16,286 nt of DNA from Octopus sinensis (Eukaryota), in NCBI RefSeq assembly GCF_006345805.1, contig NW_021825210.1, positions 1 to 16,286 on the forward strand, in the 5' to 3' direction. The notes under the pieces were generated by a model. The model saw nothing but the letters and a program-made list of their open reading frames with translations. It was not told where the DNA came from and made no database searches. Numbering within the stretch: position 1 is the first letter of the stretch; each line of letters opens with the position of its first letter. This document shows positions 8,731-16,286 of this stretch, one piece after another. The translations under genes and the position numbers were made by a program.

Positions 8731-9257
8731 ATGGGGGTGAACGGAATATTTTTTCGTAATGTTTGATTGTCTCGCGAAAATGAATAATAAAACCTAAAAA
8801 AAAACCTTAAAAAAAACACAACCGCCAACACTACACCCTAATAAAAAACATGCAAAAACAAAAAAAAAATGCGATAATAAATCAATATAAAAAAAAAACA
8901 GAATTAGTACAACTACTAACACATCCATCCATCCATCCACCCATACCAAGAAAAATACAATTTATAAACTCAAATATGAAGCATAAAAACGTTAGGGGAA
9001 GACATCCAGCCAAACTCTCTACAGCAAACTGAATTATGGTAAATTCAATTCCGACGCTATTGATTCCAATATTCCCTTACTAATTGGTAAAAATCACTGC
9101 GTTGAAGGTTTCTCCAAGAAAAATATAACAACAGGAACCATGTGGAATCTATAGAAATGCAACAAAGCTTCGAGGCAGCTGAAGTGTCTGCTAAATAATT
9201 TGGGGAACCATTCTGTTTGGTAGAGTAAGGGGGTAAATAGACAAGGATGTATATACG

Positions 9258-9292
<35 letters not shown>

Positions 9293-9376
9293 TCACACAC
9301 ACACACATATGTACATATATATGCGTATAAGGAGGCATGCTTAAATAACACAGATTCACTAACATGAATATATACT

Positions 9377-9417
<41 letters not shown>

Positions 9418-9804
9418 ATATATATATAATGTATATATATATATGTATATATATATATACATACAATAATGTATATACATGTAATTATATAGTATGTATA
9501 TATAATATAGCTACATACATGTATATGTATGTATTTATATACACGTATAATGAATTTAATTACACTCTATGTTTTAATGCATATTTAAATTTTTTTAAAT
9601 GTAAACACACACACATCTGCAAGTGGCTATACATACATATATACATATATACATATATACAGACACGCGTACACCCCCACCACATACACACAAACACGTA
9701 TAGCTATGCATACACACACACACGTACATAGACATATACACGTGTTCATATTAACACGATCGTAGATTCTTCACATGGTTTTCCTATTTCGCTTTCACAC
9801 ACAC

Positions 9805-9877
<73 letters not shown>

Positions 9878-9930
9878 CACTCTTGCACGCGCACATACAT
9901 GCATACAGACACATATAAACACGCATGCTC
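9258..9930. repeat. (CA)n / (TA)n compound low-complexity region
   Basis: Direct reading; interrupted by short unique spacers. Confidence 0.8.
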
Positions 9931-10079
9931 GTGCTTTCACGCAACAGACATTCATCCGTATATCTACGTATGTGTATACATGTAAATTTAAATTTATTTA
10001 CGGTCTGTTTTTTATGCATCTAGTTTACAGGCTTATTCCCTCGCATATTTTGCACGCACAAAGACTGATATTTTAATCA

Positions 10080-10133
<54 letters not shown>

Positions 10134-10519
10134 TACACACGCACATATATATATAAAGACGGGCCTGGCACAGACCTACATATGACAAGTTGAGATTGTT
10201 TAGATCCACTTCCTGCAATATAAGGCAATCTATATAAACTCATAGAACAGAATGGCCGAAGGTTCTCTCTTTAGGCTCCTATATTTTGTTTCATAAAAAG
10301 GCTATTCGTAGTAATTACGACCGATACGGACGAACAGATAGATAGACTACGGAGCTTGACATTAACAGGATTTTAAAATTTATATTTTAATGCAATTTTC
10401 AGATATTTCCGACACAATATTGCGCCACACAAATTTAGGAACGACTGATATAACATGAAATTTCACACGCACACAAAAAAAGGCAGAACAACGTATGCTT
10501 ATATCTGTCTTCAGTACAT

Positions 10520-10720
10520 TTTCTTTTTACTTGTTTCACTTTTTGACTGCAGCCATACTGGAGCACTACATTGAAGAGATTTAGTCGAACAAATCGACCC
10601 GAGAACTTCTGTTAAGCCTAGTACTTATCCTATCGGTTCCTTTTGGCGAACCGCTTGGTTGCGTGGACGTAAACACACCAATTCCGGTTGCCAAGTGGTG
10701 GTGGGGGGATAATCATAGAC
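10520..10720 (-). mobile_element. SINE family A, 3' module
   Basis: TTTTACTTGTTTCA..TTGACTGC.GCCAT.CTGGAGCAC...TTAGTCGAACAAATCGACCC...CTAGTACTTAT.CTATCGG; matches 7223-7430 and the reverse complement of 3219-3343. Confidence 0.8.
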
Positions 10721-10740
10721 ACACACACACACACACACAC

Positions 10741-10762
10741 ATACTTATTTATCAGACCAATA

Positions 10763-10797
<35 letters not shown>

Positions 10798-10880
10798 TAT
10801 ATACTTATTTATCTGACCAATAACGTATATACTCGCGCTCGCGCGCCCGTATATATGTTGTTGGTCTGATAAATAAGTAT
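10741..10880. repeat. Fold-back copies of the adjacent mariner left end
   Basis: 10801-10832 pairs with 10849-10880 (29/32 Watson-Crick, 16-nt loop). 10741-10764 is a second inverted copy (23/24 versus 10857-10880), 60 bp upstream of the first. Confidence 0.9.
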
Positions 10881-11747
10881 CCGGACTGTTGCCATAGTAA
10901 GAAAGCTAAAGCACGCAGAGTGAAGCCGCTTGGCATAGATTGACCTTGAACTCTGCTGTTCAAGCGTACAAAGTTTTAACGTTCTAGCGCACCTCCACTG
11001 TTTACAGAAGTGCTTAGAAGGAAGGTGCATAGCGTGTGATCGTCGCGTTGACAATGACAGAATAAGTTGATGAGAGAATCTGCATCAAATTTTGCAAAAA
11101 GTTTGGCGATACCTGTTCAGAGGCCTACGCAAAGTTTTTAAGAAGTTTTAATCGTTCTTGACACAATCAAGGAGATCTTGTGCAACTGTGAGACCCGGGT
11201 GTCATTTAGGTCAGCTGAACATCATTTTGGCACAAATTTGGCAGACACGCATCTCATACCCAAATCTGTGATAATGGATTTAGCTGAACCGTAACTAATC
11301 TGCACATCCTCTAGTAACTCACAGATGGTGATTCAACGATTTCCCCACACAGCTACGCGCATACCTGCGATGTTCTTCTCAGTTCTGCTAGTAGCGGGTC
11401 TCCAGAACATTCGTCAATATTGACATTTTCAGCCATCTTGGAAACGTCTGAAATACTCGTACATTTGTGTGAGGCTCATACACTCCTCTCGATACACTTT
11501 CTGCAACCTTGCGTAGGCCCCTGAGCAGGTATCGCCATGACAGCTTTCTCTGTCATGGTCAAATCGACAATCACTCGCTACACACCTTCCTACAAAGAAC
11601 TGATGCAGACAGCGGAAGTGAGCTAGAATGTTAAAACATAGTGCGCATGCGCAGCAGAGTTCAAAGTCAATTTTGCCAAGCGGCTTCACTGCGTGATTTA
11701 GCTTCATTACTATGGCAACAGTCCGGATACTTATTGATTGGTCCTCG
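10860..11747. mobile_element. mariner derivative composed of two inverted left ends
   Basis: 10872-11069 versus the reverse complement of the right arm is about 82% identical (first 29 bp identical). Both arms carry the TIR, the 5' UTR and the transposase start. TA at 11748-11749. Confidence 0.9.
11130..11556 (-). pseudogene. mariner transposase N-terminal half
   Basis: GDTCSGAYARLQKVYREECMS.TQ.YE.F.RFQDG...SG(fs)RP.TSRTE.N...ITI.EL.EDV.IS.GS...I..DLGMR.VSAKFVPK...QDLL......NFLKTL. Stops and frameshifts; ends just before the expected first catalytic Asp motif. Confidence 0.85.
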
Positions 11748-11777
11748 TATATATAAAAACATAAACACAAATAATTA

Positions 11778-11997
11778 CAGCATGGAAGATGTTTGTAAGC
11801 AATTTAAGAACACACAAAAACCCGTTTGATTCACTTTAACATTTAAATTTAATTTGTGTCCAAATATTTTCGTCGCTTTGAACAGGTCGCAGTTTCAAAG
11901 CGACGAAAATATTTTGACACAAATTAAATTTAAATGTTGAAATGAAGCTAACAGTTTTTATGTGTTCTTAAATGGCTTACAAACAGCTTCGATCCTG
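11778..11997. mobile_element. 220-bp palindromic MITE (Tc1/mariner-type termini)
   Basis: 11785-11882 versus the reverse complement of 11894-11990: 88/98 matching (inner 45 bp 44/45), 11-nt spacer. Termini TA|CAG...CTG|CA. Confidence 0.9.
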
Positions 11998-12063
11998 CAA
12001 TTGTTTTTCTTTCAGCACACTATTTCAAATCAAGTCACTTGCCATGCAAGTACATCTCCATTG

Positions 12064-12118
<55 letters not shown>

Positions 12119-12249
12119 CCGTTGTCCGTGCAACATCGATATTCCTCCCTGTGCCTGTGAAATCTTGTATCCTTGCCGTAAGGCTTCATTACTACACACG
12201 CCAGCTTAATTTAATTCGTCCTTAGTCGAAAAATACCTGTTGCCATGTC

Positions 12250-12585
12250 CTGTTATTATTTTTATTGTATTTGTGTAACGTTGTCCGTTTTTTTCTTTCC
12301 TTGTTTTTGTATACATTCGCTGTTTTCTTCCAAGGAATCTAATGCTCTTAGCTTAGTTTTTCCTTGGGGTTGGCCAGATTGGAGCAATCTCGAGTATAAT
12401 CAGCCGAAATAGCGAAGATAATCTGGTACTCGACTGAGGAAAGAAAATTTCGAATGACCCATCCTTGTTTTCTTTGTATCGTCTATCTGGATGTCTTGTC
12501 CCATTTTTGTATCACCTAACTGTCCGGATGTTTTGCGTTCTTGTCCCATTTTGTATTTTATATATAAATACTCCTCAGCCAGATG
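12250..12585 (+). repeat. Unclassified interspersed repeat (family D), possibly a Penelope-like terminal repeat
   Basis: Similar to the reverse complement of 2955-3110. Internal sub-duplication GGATGT..TCTTGTCCCATTTT(T)GTAT at 12489-12512 and 12526-12555. Degenerate hammerhead-like core on the minus strand at its end. The left boundary is uncertain. Confidence 0.55.
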
Positions 12586-12698
12586 TTAAGTATCTCACCG
12601 CTAAATGGCTTGAAACAATTGTAGTAATTAATAATAATTCTCATATCTTCTGTCAATTTCATTAAAATACCTAACTGAGATTTTATGTTGTTTACCGG

Positions 12699-12899
12699 AA
12701 GGCTGCCCGAAAATTTTGGGGGAGGGGCTCAGTCGATTAGATCGACTCCAGTACGCAACTAGTGCGTAATTTATCGACCCCAAAGAGATGAAAGGCAATG
12801 GTGACCTCGGTGTAATTTGAACTCAGAACATAAAGACAGACAAAATACCGCTAACCACTTCGCCCGGCATGCTAACGATTCTGCCAGCTCACCACCTTA
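12699..12899 (-). mobile_element. tRNA-headed SINE, family B (copy 1 of a tandem pair)
   Basis: The minus strand begins AAGGTGGTGAGCTGGCAGAATCGTTAGC, with B-box-like GAGTTCAAATT. Near-colinear with 12901-13120 and 15075-15286. Confidence 0.85.
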
Positions 12900-12900
12900 G

Positions 12901-13120
12901 AACACTAAAAACATTTTTTTCTACACTAGGCACAAGACCCGAAAGTTTTTGGGAAGGGGTTCAGTCAATTAGATCGACTCCAGTACGCAACTGGTACTTA
13001 ATTTATCGACCCCGAAATATGAAAAGTAATGTTGACCTCGGTGGAATTTGAACTCAGAACATAAAGACAGACGAAATACCGTAAAGACAGACGAAATAAC
13101 CATTTCGCCCGGCGTGCTAA
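12901..13120 (-). mobile_element. tRNA-headed SINE, family B (copy 2, 5'-truncated, with internal 20-bp duplication)
   Basis: Directly abuts copy 1. 13061-13080 and 13081-13100 are an 18/20 tandem duplication. Confidence 0.85.
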
Positions 13121-13590
13121 AAATATGGCACTAAAAATATTATTCATAGAATACTGCGATCGACGTTTCTTTTCTCTCCTTCTCTCTCTCTCTTTCTCCT
13201 GTCTCTCTCTGTTCTTCTCTCTCTCCTCTATCTTCTTCTTTCTTTCTCTCTCTTTCTCCTCTCTCTCACTACTTCTTTTTTTCTACTTCTCGTAATCGGT
13301 TTCGTTACACCGTGAGAAATCTCGTTGAGATCACACAGAGCATTACTTCCTCTTGAAGAAAAGAAGGGTTGTTTTCTCGCATAAGATAAAATATCATTAG
13401 AACCCCACCAAACATATTTGAACTGGTTTTTAAGCCTCAATATTTTTTTCACTGCTTCGCACATGCGCGCTTTCAGTGAATGACATTTACTAACATACGA
13501 TTAAGGAAGCTTTATTTTCTAATTAGCTCAGAGTTGTCTCTCTTAGTGTTTGATGCTGAACAGAACGAACGAGTTTGGAACACATCAATC

Positions 13591-13609
13591 AGTCCAACAG
13601 AGGGCGCCC
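13591..13609 (+). promoter_or_regulatory. CTCF-like motif
   Basis: CCAACAGAGGGCGC (13594-13607) matches the CCASYAGRKGGCRS consensus at 13/14 positions. Motif match only. Confidence 0.35.
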
Positions 13610-13676
13610 TGAGCTGACTATGATGTTTTAACACATTGTCTAAATGAAAAACTTTTTCACCATAGCAAAATTCGTG

Positions 13677-13753
<77 letters not shown>
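13677..13753. repeat. (TATC)n microsatellite
   Basis: Direct reading. Confidence 0.95.
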
Positions 13754-13754
<1 letters not shown>

Positions 13755-14133
13755 AGCAATGATGGCACTTATGAATGACGAAGCCACCTTGAGCATAATC
13801 CTATGAACCCGGAAAAATTTAAAACAGAGGGTTACCTACATGCAAACAAATGTGGTAACATGTAACATTATTGACCGAGGTTACCGTGGTCTTTTCTGTA
13901 GGCTTTTCTTTCCACGGATAAACCTTATATGCTCCCCCCCTTTACACTTTACATCATGACATTTCTGTGATGTACGATCCCTATTGATCGTTTTTTTCTT
14001 TTTTTTCTTTCCCTTTTACGATTCCTTTTGATCGAAAACCTAACCCACCTTTTTTTCTCTCCCCCAAAAAGAAAAGCTCTGCTTTGTAATCTGTCCCGTC
14101 TGTGTGCAGCCCTGTGTGGCTAATAAAGAAACA

Positions 14134-14226
<93 letters not shown>

Positions 14227-14230
14227 GTCC

Positions 14231-14272
<42 letters not shown>

Positions 14273-14310
14273 GTGTCTGTCTGTCTGTATGTCTGTCTGT
14301 CTGTCTGTCC
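14134..14310. repeat. (TATC)n grading into (TGTC)n microsatellite
   Basis: Direct reading. Confidence 0.95.
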
Positions 14311-14770
14311 ATAAGCAAGTTAAGGACCTTCTGCGATTTGCTTTGGATCTCGACGACGTCAGTGTTAAAACGGCGACCTTTAAGCTGCATTTTCCTCTTG
14401 AGGAAGAGATGGAGCCCTGCAGCTGCTAAATCTGGTGAATAGGGTGGGTGCTGAAGTGATACCATGCTGTTTTTGCCTAGAAACTCCCGAGTGAGGGGTG
14501 CTCGGGCACAGGGTATATTGTCACCGAGAAGAATCTAATTCTTCGCGCTCCACAGATCCGATCGCTTCCGCCGAATGCCCTTCCTCAAACGCTTCGAAAC
14601 GTTGCAGTAGAACTCTCGATTGGCGGTCTGGCCCTGGGGTACGAATGTTCAATGCACAATACTGCAGATGTCGAAAACAAAACACAAATGATGAGGATGC
14701 TCTTGATTGACCTCTGGTCCTGTCATGCGCCCGTGCCATGCGAAACATTGCGCACGAACCATTGCCTTGT
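14311..14770 (-). pseudogene. mariner transposase remnant (partial catalytic domain)
   Basis: AMVRAQCFAWH (HTH-like) joined to IKS.LI..F.DI..IVH...PQGQTANREFYCNV.KRLR..IRRKR.DLW..KN*ILLGDN.P...TREFL.KN.MV.L.HPPYSPDLAAAGLHLF.K.KMQLKGRRF. The third catalytic Asp reads Gly and the first Asp motif is missing. Confidence 0.9.
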
Positions 14771-14953
14771 TCCGACTTCCTGTAAAAGACAAAAATCGCA
14801 GACTACAGCAGACACACGTGATCGCAAAAACACAAATTTCACAACCTGTGAAGTAAACACAGCAATGTCACTCGGTACACTGCTTCATGAAGGTCGCTGC
14901 CCACGGTTGTATGCGCTACAGAACTACCCCGGCAATTTTTCGATACCATCTCG
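14311..14953 (-). mobile_element. Truncated, internally deleted mariner
   Basis: Minus strand: TA|CGAGATGGTATCGAAAAATTGCCGG TIR-like end (TA at 14954-14955). The 3' end is lost at the microsatellite. Confidence 0.85.
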
Positions 14954-15074
14954 TATTAACAGCAAATGGATTGCAATCGGTCACATTATTATTGGTTATC
15001 GGAAAACAGTTCCGATCTCGTCCGAAAGAAGGTTCTTTCGTATTTTGGGAGTGTTTGAAAAGGATGATAGCTAT

Positions 15075-15286
15075 ATTGGTTTTAAATTTTGGAACAACGC
15101 CAACAATTTCGTAGTAGGAGGTAAGTCAATTATATCGACCCCAATACTCAACTAGTACTTATTTAATTGATCCCGAAAGGATGAAAGGCAAAGTCGACCG
15201 CGGCGGAATTTGGACCCAGAATGTAAATGCCGAAGAAATGCAACTGAGCATTTTACCTGACGTGCAAACAGTTCTGCCATCTCACC
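15075..15286 (-). mobile_element. tRNA-headed SINE, family B (diverged)
   Basis: ATCGACCCC..ACT.AACT.GTACTTA..T.AT.GA.CCCGAAAGGATGAAAGGCAAAGTCGAC..CGGCGGAATTTG...TTCTGCCA.CTCACC; colinear with 12699-12899. Confidence 0.8.
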
Positions 15287-15775
15287 AATTCTATTAGAAA
15301 ATAGAACAGTTTAATTAATGCGAAATATTATCTGATTAATTAACCAATTAACACTGGCAGTTTATGATCGTTGGTTTGTAAACGAGAGCATACAACCATA
15401 CAAAACGATCCGAAAGTATTACTGGTACAACTTTGTAAATAACGGAAAGAGAAGACAAAACGACTTGAATACACAGACAGAAAATATTTTGTTTATGTTG
15501 ATCAGGACGTCTCTGATGAAGTTGAACTCTGACCAAAGACACTCCAGTTGTAAAAGTTCCGTGCTTTGGGGAGAAATTATGATTAAGTTGTCCAGTGTAT
15601 TCTTCAGTTACGTGATTTGAGAGAAATTTTGATGCTATTTCTAGCAGATCAAGCAAGGCTGTAAAGGTTCCAGTCTTGACACTTTCAATACGTGCTGCCT
15701 TATTTTTCAGAAGTTTGATTGGCTTTCCAGAAGATTATTTAAACTTTCGAAGTATGATAGTGTCATTCCTCCAAG

Positions 15776-16070
15776 GGGTTAAAGGAGCAGTCTCGCGGTC
15801 GAGGGATCGCGGTTCGAATCTGAGACCGGGCGATATGAGCACTTATGAGCAAAACACCTCAGCTCCACGCGGCTCGGGCAGAAGGTAATGGCGAAATTCT
15901 GTAGACTCTTTCGCCACAACTTTCTCGCACTCTCTCCTCCTGCATCTAGCAGCTCGTCTGCGACGGGCCGGCTTCCCGTTCAGGTGGGGAATCGATACGC
16001 CAACGAAATCGGGAAACCGGCCCTTATGAGCCAGGCATGGCTCGAGAAGGAACAAACAACAATAAAATAA
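15776..16070 (+). mobile_element. tRNA-headed SINE related to family C
   Basis: B box GGTTCGAATC at 15811-15820. CTGCGACGGGCCGGCTTCCCGTTCAGGTGGGGA and GAAATCGGGAAACCGGCCCTTATGAGCC are shared with 7976-8230. (AAC)n-like tail. Confidence 0.75.
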
Positions 16071-16075
16071 GCTAC

Positions 16076-16116
16076 AGTGGTTAGGGTGTTGGACTCATGA
16101 TCCTAAGATTGACGGT
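16076..16116 (+). mobile_element. SINE family C head fragment
   Basis: AGTGGTTAGGGTGTTGGACTCATGATCCTAAGATTG versus AGTGGTTAGGGTGTCCGCATCATGATCGTAAGATTG at 7991-8026. Confidence 0.6.
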
Positions 16117-16186
16117 GCTCTAGTAAAAATACAAATCATCTTTGTACCATTATGTACATAACGGTAGATCTAGTTAGATCACGTGT

Positions 16187-16286
16187 GAAGGCACGTCACG
16201 AAGGGGTTAGGGGTATTCATGTCATGATCGTAAGGTCATAAGTTCGGTTCCCGGTGTTGCATTTTATCTTTGAGAAAAATGCTGTA
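16187..16286 (+). mobile_element. Degenerate SINE family C head running to the window edge
   Basis: GAAGGCACGT..GGTTAGGG.TATTC..TCATGATCGTAAGG...AGTTCGGTTCCCGG; colinear with 7976-8070. Confidence 0.55.

Noticed and set aside
9024-9085. Possible 62-nt micro-exon (CTCTCTACAG|...TTG|GTAAAA; KLNYGKFNSDAIDSNIPLLI)
   Set aside because: Splice signals are moderate, the peptide is not recognisable, and there are no companion exons; it needs RNA-seq.
12434-12462. CTGAGGA..GAAT motif conserved in both family D copies
   Set aside because: GAAT instead of GAAA, no stable helix II, and no helix I complementarity in either copy.
15505-15550. CTGATGAAG with flanking GGACGTCT/AGACACTCC complementarity
   Set aside because: There is no GAAA or helix III between the arms; it cannot be distinguished from chance.

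Overview
Repeat-dense, non-coding animal genomic DNA with no recognisable host protein-coding exon. Most listed ORFs are translations of (TA)n/(CA)n/(TATC)n/trinucleotide microsatellites. The SINE set and microsatellite load resemble, from memory, coleoid cephalopod (Octopus) DNA; this is an inference, not a database result. The window holds about 11 copies or fragments of three tRNA-headed SINE families and four decayed mariner elements, none with an intact DD34D transposase. It also holds a 220-bp palindromic MITE, a 482-bp element with 73-bp inverted ends, and two copies of an unclassified repeat. Two signals stand out. (1) Three hammerhead-ribozyme-like motifs lie on the minus strand, each with a core substitution: a well-formed type I fold at 2500-2595 inside the inverted-repeat element, a minimal motif at 7821-7863, and a weaker one at 12485-12584. 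They point to Penelope-like or retrozyme-type repeats. (2) A 1.3-kb block (10741-11997) of stacked fold-back structures is built around a mariner made of two left ends, with apparent template-switch scars.
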